A stretch of DNA of 59,255 bases, filler included, from Sanchytrium tribonematis (taxonomy: Eukaryota), in the NCBI GenBank assembly GCA_018985235.1. It is 6 parts of 6 records of this genome, joined end to end, with 100 filler letters (N's around TTAATTAATTAA, not from the genome) between each part and the next. Parts side by side here need not be neighbours in the genome. Positions count along the whole stretch, not along the records: positions 10,009 to 19,857 come from JADGIG010000318.1; positions 19,958 to 29,762 come from JADGIG010000319.1; 4 more parts are not named here. The stretch is one strand, 5' to 3'. Below the pieces are notes generated by a model. That model was not told the origin of the DNA, did no database searches, and saw only the letters and a list, made by a program, of their open reading frames with translations. Made by a program: the position numbers and the translations under genes. Shown here in pieces: positions 10,294 through 21,959 of this stretch. Numbering within the stretch: position 1 is the stretch's first letter; each line of letters opens with the position of its first letter.

Positions 10294-11817
10294 TCAAACA
10301 AATGTATTTGCCATGGAACTCTTTTGACTTTGTTTGCCTTTTTTAATAAAAGGTGTTTTACCAATGACATATGCCAATACCAATGCATCCACTGTCACTC
10401 TCAATATCATCATAATGTTAATACTGATTTGCAACATTGATTTTGCTTTAAATGAGACTACGTATGCAGCAGCCACTGTTTTTGATTCATAATGAATTTG
10501 AGTGGTATTTTGGATAGAGAGGGATGTTGTTTGCAGTGTAGTGGATAATTTGGGTCGAAATATCACTCGAGTAGCCACTGTTTGAATCGCATTTTCTATT
10601 TCTTCAGTAGAATGGTATGAAACATGTTGCAAACTGGATGTGATTGTTTGGGAAGTTGTTGATTCACTAGTGGGCATGTCTGTACTGATGATGAGACTAT
10701 CAGATGTCATGACAGGCTCCATAGTGTCTGTGCTGCTAATTTCGCTTGTCATCTGGCTAGTTATTGAGCTACTTACTGCGTTTGCCATTGAGCTAGAAGT
10801 GCTGTCTGCAATGACGGAACTTGTGCTACTAGCAATATTCACTGGTACTGCCGTGGTAGCGATGCTTCCCATAGCACTGGTTAACGAGCTTGTGGGATTA
10901 CTCGTGCTAGTCAATTGAATTGCAACGGTGCTGGTTAATGGCACATTGCTCGTCGTGCTAGTTGTCAAAATCGATGAACTCGTTAATGAATATAATCCGG
11001 ATTGCACACACGCATTGGTAGGTGGCAAATTCGACTTTCCCAATAATGGATTATTGCTAATATCACATTGATTTGCAAATAATCCAGTATAATCAGAAAT
11101 ATTCAATCCTGAAATAATATTGTCTTTAATCCATAATATTTGTGGTTTTAACATGCTTAATGTGCCACTAAATTGATTTTGAGTCAAATAAATAGCGAGT
11201 AATGCGTCTGGCATAATTGGCAATTTACCAGATAATAAATTGTAATTGATACTCATTTGTTTTAAAGCAGTTGGCAAAATAGGAAGATTTCCTGTTAACA
11301 AGTTGCTACCTAGATATAAATACCATAGAGATGCTGGTAAAGTAGGGATACTGCCACTGAATTGATTTGATGATAAACTATATCGATTCATCAAATTTGG
11401 AATGGCTGGCAATAAACCAGTAAATCGATTATTACTGAGTATCAAGATGGTAATTTTAGATGGAATCACCCAATTCTCAATAGATCCATTTAAATAGTTG
11501 TTGCTGGCACGGAATACCTTGACATTTGCGGGAAATAAAGTGGAAATCCCTTTTGTGAGGTAATTGTTGGAAACATCGAAATCTGTCATGGATGTCAATG
11601 TAGATAAATCACCACCCAACACTCCATTTAGATTGAGATATGTGAAATCTATAGCGGTGACTCTATTTGAGACACATGTGATTCCAGTTGCTGTGCAGCA
11701 ATCTGTGTTTAATTGAGTCCAAATGGTCGTATTGACCAAATGCATGTTGAGAGACTGTGCAAATGGGATGACTTTGGCACAATCTACTGACACTGCGACT
11801 ACGAGAGCGTAGAACAT
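10294..11817 (-). CDS. LRR cell-surface protein, copy 1 (signal peptide, Cys cap, LRRs, Ser/Thr stalk, C-terminal TM)
   Basis: LxLxxNxLxGxLP repeats, S/T-rich region, hydrophobic C-terminal helix followed by a basic tail. Confidence 0.85.
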   Translation of the reverse strand: MFYALVVAVSVDCAKVIPFAQSLNMHLVNTTIWTQLNTDCCTATGITCVSNRVTAIDFTYLNLNGVLGGDLSTLTSMTDFDVSNNYLTKGISTLFPANVKVFRASNNYLNGSIENWVIPSKITILILSNNRFTGLLPAIPNLMNRYSLSSNQFSGSIPTLPASLWYLYLGSNLLTGNLPILPTALKQMSINYNLLSGKLPIMPDALLAIYLTQNQFSGTLSMLKPQILWIKDNIISGLNISDYTGLFANQCDISNNPLLGKSNLPPTNACVQSGLYSLTSSSILTTSTTSNVPLTSTVAIQLTSTSNPTSSLTSAMGSIATTAVPVNIASSTSSVIADSTSSSMANAVSSSITSQMTSEISSTDTMEPVMTSDSLIISTDMPTSESTTSQTITSSLQHVSYHSTEEIENAIQTVATRVIFRPKLSTTLQTTSLSIQNTTQIHYESKTVAAAYVVSFKAKSMLQISINIMMILRVTVDALVLAYVIGKTPFIKKGKQSQKSSMANTFV

Positions 11818-11948
11818 GGGTGAGAGAGGGCGATGTGCGTTTTTTATATGGATCGGCTTAGTCTCATTGGGTAGAAAATTAGAATGTTCTAAGATTTAGC
11901 GAATCAAATGTGGATATGACAAGCCATCCAGAGAGTTGTGCAGCTCAT

Positions 11949-13145
11949 TTATTGAATAACAACCAAAGAATGTCTGGGTTTTAATCTAATATATACTGTC
12001 TTTGCGACGACATAAACTACAAAGATCAAATCAAATGCAAGTTTGACAATCATTGCAATTGTAAATATCAGAGACATTTGAGGCATTGTAAAATGAGATG
12101 TTTGATTCGAAATTGGTGATGATATTTGCTTATTTCTACTTTTAGTAGTTTGATATTGAGTTGATAATGAGGTTTGTAAGCTGCTTGTTGTCAACAATTG
12201 CTTAATATTTCTTGTTTTGATTAATGGAAAATCATTCGCAAAATTGGATGAAACAAGAGGCAAATCGATCAAATTTTCAGTCAAAGAAAAACTATAATCA
12301 GTATTCGGTAATGAATAGAGATTGTTTTGCAAGCAAATAAGTGGGGATGGTAAATTGGAGGCACCCGCCAATGGATTCTGATCAATACTGCACCTACTTG
12401 TCACAATGGCAGAATAATCAGTAATATTCAACCCTGTGAATTTGTTGTTATTGATAAACAAGACTTGAGGCTTAAACGCACTAAATGTGCCAGTAAATTG
12501 ATTCTGAGTCAAATAAATGGATGATGCGGAGTCTGGCATGATGGGCAAGACTCCAGAGAACATGTTATAGTTGACACTAAATTGCTTGAGTAATGGTGGA
12601 AATGTAGTAATTGATCCAGATAATAAATTGAATCCCAAATACACAATTTGCACGGATGGTGGAAAGTAAGGAAGCCCCCCAATAAACATGTTGTGCTCAG
12701 CACTTAAACGATTCAGTTGATTTGGAAGAGTAGATGGAAGATGTCCTGTAAAGTTATTTCCTGACAAAATCAAATTTTGTACTTTTGATGGAATTATCCA
12801 ATTTTCAATAGACCCATTCAAATGATTGTCATTCAACTGAATTGCTCTAATGTTACTTGGAAATGTCAATAAAATAGAACCATCAATCAAATTGTTGGAG
12901 AGATCCAAATTTGTCAACGAACTCAAACTTGTTAAATTTCCTGACAAACTTCCGTTTAAACTATAATTTCCCCAATTAATCTGACTCACTTTATTTGACA
13001 AACATACGATGCCATCTGCTAAACAACAATTTATGTTTAATTGACTCCATGCTGATGAATTAACCAAATGCATATTCAAATTATGAGCAAATTGAATCAC
13101 ATTCGGACAATCAACAGACGTAGCATGCAATAATGAGAGCAACAT
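11949..13145 (-). CDS. LRR cell-surface protein, copy 2
   Basis: Paralog of 10294-11817 (VDCxxVIxFAxxLNMHLVN, GSIENWxIPSK, LPIMPD...IYLTQNQF) with a shorter stalk. Confidence 0.85.
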   Translation of the reverse strand: MLLSLLHATSVDCPNVIQFAHNLNMHLVNSSAWSQLNINCCLADGIVCLSNKVSQINWGNYSLNGSLSGNLTSLSSLTNLDLSNNLIDGSILLTFPSNIRAIQLNDNHLNGSIENWIIPSKVQNLILSGNNFTGHLPSTLPNQLNRLSAEHNMFIGGLPYFPPSVQIVYLGFNLLSGSITTFPPLLKQFSVNYNMFSGVLPIMPDSASSIYLTQNQFTGTFSAFKPQVLFINNNKFTGLNITDYSAIVTSRCSIDQNPLAGASNLPSPLICLQNNLYSLPNTDYSFSLTENLIDLPLVSSNFANDFPLIKTRNIKQLLTTSSLQTSLSTQYQTTKSRNKQISSPISNQTSHFTMPQMSLIFTIAMIVKLAFDLIFVVYVVAKTVYIRLKPRHSLVVIQ

Positions 13146-13298
13146 TGGCAGAGGGGTATTACTTCAATTTATTTCAGCACTTTATCATTTATTGGACCAT
13201 CAATTGAATTTTCTAATTTTCAATCCAATCAAATGATATAAATGAAAGCCATCAAAATTTAGCAAAAAAGACGCGAATTGTTACTTTTTTACTTTTAT

Positions 13299-14282
13299 TT
13301 ATTGATCAATAGACCCCAATAATTTGGTCTTTTTTCCTCCATTTCTACTAAATGGTGATTTAGTAAAGATATAAACCACAATTCCAAGATCCAATGCGAC
13401 TTTAATCATTAAAGATAATGTTAAATTGATGGAATATTGAGACATTTGGAAATGTGTCACCAAATGGTTGATTGTGGATGAATTCATAGGTTTGCTACTA
13501 TCCATAATGTGAGACTGGATATAAAACGAGGTTTGGGAGAGTCTGGTAGATGTCAAAATTTGTAGATTTCGAGTGACAACTAGATTAAATTTAAATACTT
13601 GATTTCTGTGCATCAGTTTCTAGTGCCGTGGTACTCGATTGTGCCAATTTGTTGCTTGATATTGTATAACTCGTTGTTTCTTGCATCGTGAAAATGGATG
13701 AAACAAATGGTAAATCCGTAGATTTCTCAAATGTGCTGAAATATGCAGATTGCCAAGTACTCATATCCATACTCGTGGTCAATATAGTAGATGTTTGTAC
13801 TGCAATTGAATATGTGGTCGAACCAGCAAGTGAGTAAATGCTGTTTTGTGCACAAATACTTGGAGATGACAAATTGGATGATCCTTTTAAAGGATTCTGA
13901 TCAATACTGCATCTACCTTGTAAAAATGCAGAATAATCTGTAATATTTAATGCTGTGAATTGTAATAGGCTTATTTGCACTAAATGTCCCAGTAAATTGA
14001 TTTAAAGAGATGTAAATGGTAGTTAATGTGTTTGGCATAATTGGCAAATCTCCAAAGAATAAATTGTTGTTGAGACTCAATTGAGTGAGAAATGTTGGCA
14101 AATTTGTGATTAATCCAGATAATAAATTGGATCCACAATATAATACCACAAATGATGGTGGTAAATTAGGAATATTACCAGTAAATTGATTCTGTTCTGC
14201 ATAAATTCTAGTCATTTGATTTGGGATGGTTGTAGGGAGAGGACCTTTAAAATCATTGCCAGTGATATCCAAAACACGTATG
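13299..14282 (-). pseudogene. LRR cell-surface protein, copy 3: 5'-truncated, two frameshifts
   Basis: Three ORF fragments align to copy 2. About 20 nt are missing with a frameshift near 13960, there is a second shift near 13600, and homology stops at about 14282 where the LINE begins. Confidence 0.8.
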
Positions 14283-14618
14283 AAACCTGGAGTCGACATT
14301 TTGCGCAACTTTTTGGAAAAATGGCAAAACAAATTTGCTTTAAAAGTTCGTTATTTGCTCGCATGGTGGATTTATTTAATAATAAATATATTTTTATTGT
14401 TAAAACTCTCTTTAAATAATATTAACACTGAAAAATCTAAAATTCAAACTTTTAATATTACCCAATTTATTTTGTCTATCCAAAGCAATTTTATAGAATG
14501 GCGTCAAGTTTTGCCATCATGGCACAAAACACATCCATGTGACACTATTGATTGCCAAAAATGGCGTAATAACACATCTGAAATAACAAATAAATACAAA
14601 TATTCCCACTTTTACAAA

Positions 14619-15755
14619 ATGTCATTTCTTTCAATTGGCCAAAAATGCACTGTGCTTCGGCAGTTTATGGATAATCTTAGTGATTTTACGATTGGTAAGC
14701 TCATGTTTTTAGCGCAGGAACTGGAGAAAGCGGATCTACTTGATGTTGATATTCAATGTAACGAATCGTCAAAAATTAAAATTGAAAAGAAAAATGGCTT
14801 TTTAGAAGCCTCATGTGAGCATGGCGCAACGATGGTGCAGGGAATGGACGACAACTCTAAAAAGAGCAACAAAAGAACATTCTATAATATATGCGCAGGT
14901 CCCCTTTCATTTGATTTACCTAAAGTGCTAAGCATCATTGAAACAAACTTAAAAAAAATGGATTTGAAGCAATTACAAAACCTTATCAAATTTCAAAATG
15001 TATTCAATGCTGAAAATGCTGATTGTGTCAATGAAACGCCTCTATTTTTTAAATTCAACTTTGAGGCAATTGGGATTTCCAACGTCACTTTCGGAAATGT
15101 ACTTAAATTTTTTGAAACAAAATTAACTCTCCCTTCCACGGATAATATCTACGACCTGGAACCCAATACCATTCGATTAACCACTAGAGGAAAACACACC
15201 AAAGACATCCAAGTAGTCCTTCATGTTTATTATTGCAATTCCAACAGAATTGAGACCGCAAGAGCATTTCAAAAGCGCATCACAGATGCCTTTAAGCCTG
15301 TTCATGTCACATCTTTCTATGATGAAAATAATGAGAATGTTTTTGTAGTAATTGGAATTTGCGATGCAAACCAATCAGATGAATTAAAACAATTCGCAGA
15401 TTTAGAAGGATTTGTTAAAACTGGCACTGAATTAGAAAAGCATTTCTGGTCAACAGTGGTTTGTACTAGATATCTTAGAAAGCACGAGCAACATCTATTC
15501 AATTCGGGAACAACAAATACAAAAGTGGATTTAGCCAATCTTGCCAAAGACAAGTTTCTGGCTTTGATGTGCTTATTTCTTAAACACAACTGTAAGGAAC
15601 AGTACGCCAAATACATTGAACAATATGGTAGTCAATTGAATAAGCTATTTTATCGTATCAGAGATGGGATGCATTTGCCAAAACATCGTGAATTTAGTAC
15701 ATCCCAATATTGTAGACCCAAATGGAGTCATCAAGACAGCACCACATCAAATTAG
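14619..15755 (+). CDS. LINE ORF1 (no recognisable domain)
   Basis: Long ORF upstream of and overlapping ORF2. Start chosen at ATG 14619 (uncertain). Confidence 0.55.
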   Translation: MSFLSIGQKCTVLRQFMDNLSDFTIGKLMFLAQELEKADLLDVDIQCNESSKIKIEKKNGFLEASCEHGATMVQGMDDNSKKSNKRTFYNICAGPLSFDLPKVLSIIETNLKKMDLKQLQNLIKFQNVFNAENADCVNETPLFFKFNFEAIGISNVTFGNVLKFFETKLTLPSTDNIYDLEPNTIRLTTRGKHTKDIQVVLHVYYCNSNRIETARAFQKRITDAFKPVHVTSFYDENNENVFVVIGICDANQSDELKQFADLEGFVKTGTELEKHFWSTVVCTRYLRKHEQHLFNSGTTNTKVDLANLAKDKFLALMCLFLKHNCKEQYAKYIEQYGSQLNKLFYRIRDGMHLPKHREFSTSQYCRPKWSHQDSTTSN

Positions 15756-18700
15756 AATGAGACCAGATGATCTGGCACTTCTAGAAGTGCAACGACTTGC
15801 AGAGATTTGGTATCCTGAGGATGATGTAACATTAATCAAATTTGTTGGCAAAATCCCCATTGGGAAGCACAAGTATAAAAAAGTAGAAATTGAAGATGAT
15901 ATGACAGCTCAGCAATTAACAGAAATGGGTGTTACTGATATTGAACCAACTAGTGAAGAAATTAATGAAATGGTAACTACACTTTATCTAGGATCCTATG
16001 GAGGACAATTAAATATGAATGACTCAATAAACCCATTGAATATAGTCCACATTACGCTTTCTAATTTTAAATGCAAAGGGGATACTATTTTTTATAAAAT
16101 TGAAATAAGCAGAAAGTACATGTCTCTAATTGATGATTTTCTCTTTCCATATGCAATTTTGCCATTATGGCAAATAATTCGACAAGTTTGGCACGACAAA
16201 TTGCCAAAATGGTGTAATATCGCATCATTATGTGATATAAACACATCTGATTCTTTTCAATACTCAATAAACAAATCAAAATTCAACCGATTAATTTATA
16301 TCAATCACCAATTGTTCATTTCTTCTATTCAATTCCTGACCAACAATGACGAGACATATGTAAAATTTGGCTATCTCGACAATTCTTATAGATTCAAACA
16401 AGATTTACATCATCTACCCATCCACATAGACTTGCTAGTTACAATTTTAAAAAACGAGTACCAAATGCCAAATACAATCATCAATCAAATGCGCATATAC
16501 TCAAATAATGGACTATTGTTTAATAAATACTTTACTAAAAGAGGCATAAATTACACCCTGCAAATAAAAGGCTCCGTGGGTGGTAATCCTAAGCACACAC
16601 AAGCCAAGTCTATTGCAAGAAATTCGCTAATCTTTTCAAGTGATTCCTCCATTACTTGTAGTAATGAAAACAGTAAATTTAAACGCAAAATAAAACTGCA
16701 AAAATTTGCACCCTCTAAACGACATAAACCAAATTTGGATGATCCCAAACCTTCTGACATCATTTTGACCAAATTAAGATTGTCCAAGAAGAATAGAACA
16801 CAAATTGAGAGACCAGCAACAATCAAATTACTAGAATTTGGATCTGATATTCCTAGTGAGGCAATGACATTTGATGAAAACAAATCCAATGTTAACTTGA
16901 AAAGAAAACATTCAAAAACAGCTTTGAATCATGAAAATGAAACAACGGAAATTGATCTCATCAATAATACATCACCTGATACAACGAATAGAATGGATTT
17001 GGGAGATCACAACTGTAAGAGAAGCAGAACAAGCCAATTTCTGTCTACTAATCTACACACAAACACATCAGTGGATGACATGATCAATGAACCAGAAATC
17101 CCATCTGAACTAGACACAATTGAATCTTATCAAGCACAAGTATCTAAATTAATTAGAATATTAGTCTACAATTGTCGTGGATACAAGCGCATTAATAAAC
17201 AACATGAATTGACTAATCTTTTGGTTCATCGCCCCCACATTCTGTGCCTACAAGAAAGCAAAAATATCCACTTTCTACAACATATTCCTGGCTATAAACA
17301 AATCATTCTCCCAAATTCAAATCTACAACACAAACAGCATTTACTGATTCATAGTTCATTGACAAATATATCTGAAATACACTCTCAAAATAATTGTTAT
17401 ATCTATAAGATAAATGACCAATTAGTGGCATTTATTTACATCCCTTACAATCTAATTGTATCAAAGAACATTGAAGCCATCATGGCAATTCTCAAACCAG
17501 CTATAGACAGGAAAGCAACAATTCTTGGAGATCTAAATTGGGATATTATCGAATTTATACTCAGAACAAATGCAGTCAGTAAATTGCTTTGTCTTCATAT
17601 GCAAAATTCTTCTTATCAGTATCATAACTCAAATACTCCAACAAAATCCAACTCAGATCGAGTCTTGGATCACTGCTGGACTCATACCAGCAAGAATCAC
17701 ACAATAAATTCGCATATTGTATTAAATCATCCACAAGATTTTACATCAGATCATTTTCCAACACTCACTATTCTGAATTCGGACATACCAATAATAGAAA
17801 GCGACAAAGTCAATTGGCAAAAGCTGAAATTGGCAAATTATAGAATCAAATTTAAAGTAATACTACAGAAATTATTACATAAAAATGCGACAAATTGTCT
17901 TGACATGGAAAATATTGAGTTAATAAATGCCACTTTTCAAAATTGCTATCTAACAGCAGGAAAAATTGCACTTGGATTGATTCTAATAAACCCAGACAAT
18001 CCCAATTACTCACAATCAACACACATCATGAATAAGAAAATAAAAAATAAACAAAGAAAATACTCCAGAAGCAGATCTTCAAGAAGGAAAAAGCAGCTGC
18101 TAAATGAAATCAAATCCCTGAGGAAAAAATTTAATAATGAAGTAGAAAAACAGACATATCAGAAACAATTAGATGTACTTAATGAAATAAACAAAAGTAG
18201 CACACTTGCATACCACGAATTGTGTAAGATAAATAAACAAACTGTCAAAAAACAGTATTTTTGCGATTTAAATGAGATGCTGAATTATCAAAAGGCTCAC
18301 TTTGACGCACAAGACCATGAATGGGAAAAAAGACAACTGAATGACAATGAAAAAAATCTTGCATTTGAGCATGCTACGAGTATCTTTACCAGAAAAAGAA
18401 TCAAAAAAGAATTGCGGCAATTAAACTGCAAAAAATCATTTGGTGGATTTCTCCCACCCATTGCTCTTAAATATTCACCATCGAATTCAATTAAAATTAT
18501 GAAACACATTTTTTGCTTTTGTTATGTCAATGGAATTATCCCAAACGAATGGACAGATTCTTCAATTGTCGAAATCTTCAAAAATAAGGGGAGCATTGAA
18601 AATCCCATGTTTTACAGGCCAATAAGTCTAATTTGTGTTCTCAGAAAACTTTATGAGAAGCTACTTTATTATTATCATCTAAAGAATGAGTTGATACCAT

Positions 18701-19857
18701 CATACAGGCAACATGGCTTTGCTTTTAGTCGCGGAACTCTGACACAATTGCATTTGGTTTTAAATTTAATAAAGAAATTTGGTAGAAATGGCAATATTTA
18801 TATGGGATCTTTAGATTTGAGCAGTTCATTTGACACTGTAAACTGGAATGACATTGAAAAGTCCACCCAAAATTATTTAAAATCATGGGATTTAAATGCA
18901 TTAAGATCACTGATTGTGCATCAATCACTACATTTAAAACGTGATTCAAATAAGACGCAAGTAAAATTAAAACAAGGTGTACCTCAAGGAGGGACCTTAT
19001 CGCCTTTAATCTTCTCTTTTATTATTGACAAAATCATTTCCGAGCTGAAATTTGATGAAAATCGACTCAATCTTTGCTTATATGCTGATGATATTTTTGT
19101 AATTTCAAATAATAAAGAGTATTTACAAGAAATACTTGTCAAATTGACAGATTTATTAATGCGGCATTCATTTAAAGCCAATCCACAAAAGTACCAAATT
19201 GTGGCATCTGAAAAGGTAGAAATTGTAATTCAAAATCAAATCCTTCAGCAATGTAACTTTATGCGATATCTTGGCGTTCATATTAACAAAGATGGCATTG
19301 ATTATGCGCAAGAAATCAAACACAAACAAAACAAAATTAAAATGGTTCAAGCCAAATTAAATAATGGATGTGCCAAAAAGCTCTTTCAAGGAAAGCCACT
19401 ATTTGTAAAAGGCATAATTGAATCGATTTTATCGTATGGATTGTCTCTATGGAATCCAAAAGAATTAGACAAACTGGAGAAATTAAGAAAATACACCATT
19501 AATAAATTATTTGGAAATACTAGACTGGTACATGAATACCTCTGTGGTTTTTTAAATGCTATCGAATTATATCAACGAGCAAGAATTAGCCATGAAAATC
19601 AAATAAAAAACATCATTTTTACTTTGGAACAGCAAAATACGCCCCAAAACTACTTAGAATTGCTTAAACGTGATACATCAATGGCCTGTAATATTAATGA
19701 CTATATCCCTCTTGATACAGGGACTTCAAATGAGCTGATGGGGAGAAATGAAGAGAGATTGAAGGAGATGTGGAACACAAATCCGGCGGAAAGAGGGAGT
19801 AGATTGGATACTGAGAGCAATCTAATGAGACTACTGAAGAGCAACAAGTATACCAGA
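15664..19857 (+). CDS. LINE ORF2: about 500-aa N-terminal extension + APE + RT (3' partial)
   Basis: APE starts at about 17158, RT spans about 18540-19280. Confidence 0.85.
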
Positions 19858-19957
19858 NNNNNNNNNNNNNNNNNNNNNNNNNNNNNNNNNNNNNNNNNNN
19901 NTTAATTAATTAANNNNNNNNNNNNNNNNNNNNNNNNNNNNNNNNNNNNNNNNNNNN
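19858..19957. other. Artificial contig linker
   Basis: N44-TTAATTAATTAA-N44. Confidence 0.97.
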
Positions 19958-19985
19958 CAACGACTGTCTTATTTTTGAAATATCT

Positions 19986-21190
19986 GTGTGCGAGCAAAAA
20001 GCATTGTTCGATGTCAAAGAAGCCATAAGCGAAATTCTTTCATTGTATTCAGATATCGAAGTGCCCTATGATTTTTTCGATGAAGACAGCCCTGAGACTT
20101 TCATTAAGCAGAAGAATCCACGCAGTATTAACACCAGCAACCAAATTATAAAAGAAAATTGGAGTGTAGAAAGAATACAAAAAATATTACAATCAAACGA
20201 TTTTGTGCTAGATAAAAATTCTGAAGAGATTATTAAGGTAGAGCTAATCCCAAAAGTAGACGTACCTGACGAGCCGCGCCTAAAACCAAGAGCAGTTGGT
20301 TTATTTGATATTGTTACCGCAAGACCTGCTACCAAATCCCTAGTGTTGCCACATTTTATTTTAAGCACAATTACCTCAATCTCTAGCATTTATAAAGGAA
20401 TTTCGTACTCAACTAGTATGATTTATTCATTTTTTAAAAATACTCCAATATTAATGCATTCAACCACCCTTGCCACATCAGTGGTTATTCTGGCAAGATT
20501 GTCAGATGTATTTACCTTTTTGAAAAAATCTGGAAATGTGCTTTTGCAGTTATCTGGGTTAATATACAATGTGACATTCAAAATATTTGTTGATGTTGGA
20601 TCTTCTGTCACTGGTTTCCTGTCTCCTGGGTTCACTACCATAGGCAAGTCTAGCGTCAAGCCTCTCTATGTTCCAAATCTTAGTATAACAAAAGCTCCAA
20701 ATTTTGATCTACCGGATACCAGAGCTCCCTTAGTCTTTCCGAAGCGGGACCTCTCGTACTTTGAGAAGTCTTACGGATTTCTACAATCTGCGATAATTCC
20801 AGCTAATTACATATATGGCGCGGCCATTGGCATTTCAGGTATTGTTTATCTCATTTAGTATTCGGAACCTTGCTATACTGCTTTACTGATATTCAGAGGA
20901 CAGTCCAGAGCACTGTAATTCAGAAGTCTATTGATTACATCAATCATCTTAATCTTTCTGATTTGTACTCGCGGAGGCTTGCTGGATTGAGTGAAAGATA
21001 CATACTAGGAAAGGTAGGAGAAATAGACCCTAAAATTCATCATTCCTTGATACAAAAATCCAACAAATTAAATCAATCTCTCAAAGAATGTCACTTGCTA
21101 GGTGATAAAATTCTTGCTTTATGTAGTGAAATGGAAAGATTAGATTCATTGATGCAAGTAGTTAGTAGCATCGATATTAATGAGCACTAG
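19986..21190 (+). CDS. Hypothetical membrane/coiled-coil protein (probably 5' partial); ORFs joined by intron 20839-20858
   Basis: Splicing gives a continuous hydrophobic helix YIYGAAIGISVFGTLLYCF. Confidence 0.55.
20839..20858 (+). other. 20-nt spliceosomal intron (GTATTGTTTATCTCATTTAG)
   Basis: GT-AG, in-frame join, same CTCATTTAG 3' consensus with A at -6. Confidence 0.7.
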
Positions 21191-21288
21191 TAAAAGGTTT
21201 TATACGTTTGCCGATTTCAATTATTAGTTTGTTGCCAATCATGTTTTGCCAAGTGGCACTAAAGGCGGAGAACTCCATAAAATAAAAA

Positions 21289-21921
21289 ATGAATTCACAG
21301 CTAGGACATTTTCTGGATATACGGTCTGTAGAAGAGTGCCAAAAGCTGGGAACTATTTTAAATTACAATCAAGCTGCATTTGAATGTCGTGTATATGTTA
21401 ACACAAACATTGATAAAGAATCAAATTGCATGTTTGAAAAGCGACACTGGAGCGTTATATCAAATATGTATGGTTATTCCACTTCGAATGACTGTGAACT
21501 TGTTTGTAAAAATTTATTAGAATGCTCATTTTTTAGAAATGAAACAGGCTGCATATTGTATAATGCAAATACCACCTACGTCAATGATACATCCTCACTC
21601 TCATATTTCAAAATTTGCAAACAACCAGATGCTTCACCCAAAGAACCAGAACTGGTCCCTTCAAATACTAACAATATTACAATAATTATATCAGTTTGTG
21701 TGGTAGGTGGGCTTTTGTTGCTAGTAATATTATTCTTTATTTTGCTGCATAGAACCAGGTCAAGGCGCGATAAGCATCCAGAATTGCATCAAAATTCAAT
21801 AGAAAACATAATAGATAAGGAAGTTGACGATACCCTTGCACTTAATTCAGACTACAGTTCAAGTGCATCTGCCTCCGAGAACTTTTATGGTTTGAATCAT
21901 AATAGGTCTGGCCCCATTTAA
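21289..21921 (+). CDS. Single-pass membrane protein with Cys-rich (PAN/apple-like) ectodomain
   Basis: C-x3-C...C..F....C.LY pattern, TM IIISVCVVGGLLLLVILFFILL, basic stop-transfer. Confidence 0.55.
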   Translation: MNSQLGHFLDIRSVEECQKLGTILNYNQAAFECRVYVNTNIDKESNCMFEKRHWSVISNMYGYSTSNDCELVCKNLLECSFFRNETGCILYNANTTYVNDTSSLSYFKICKQPDASPKEPELVPSNTNNITIIISVCVVGGLLLLVILFFILLHRTRSRRDKHPELHQNSIENIIDKEVDDTLALNSDYSSSASASENFYGLNHNRSGPI

Positions 21922-21959
21922 TTATTAATTTACATATTTTTAAAAATAAATTTGAAAAC

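Larger units (their letters stand above)
14283..19857 (+). mobile_element. Non-LTR (LINE) retrotransposon with APE endonuclease and reverse transcriptase; 3' end cut by contig end
   Basis: APE motifs VYNCRG, LCLQE, LGDLN, LDHCW, SDH. RT motifs YRPISL, QHGF, LDLSSSFD, GVPQGGTLSPLIF, YADD (19081-19092), YLG. The 5' boundary is inferred from loss of LRR homology. Confidence 0.88.

Noticed and set aside
14317..14570. Repeated (A)ATGGC motifs in the LINE 5' region as YY1-like promoter sites
   Set aside because: The matches are short and could be chance; no supporting evidence from the sequence alone.
19705..19857. Purine-rich shift at the end of LINE ORF2 as a distinct domain
   Set aside because: It is at a contig end in an assembly that shows a chimera elsewhere, so it cannot be distinguished from an artefact.
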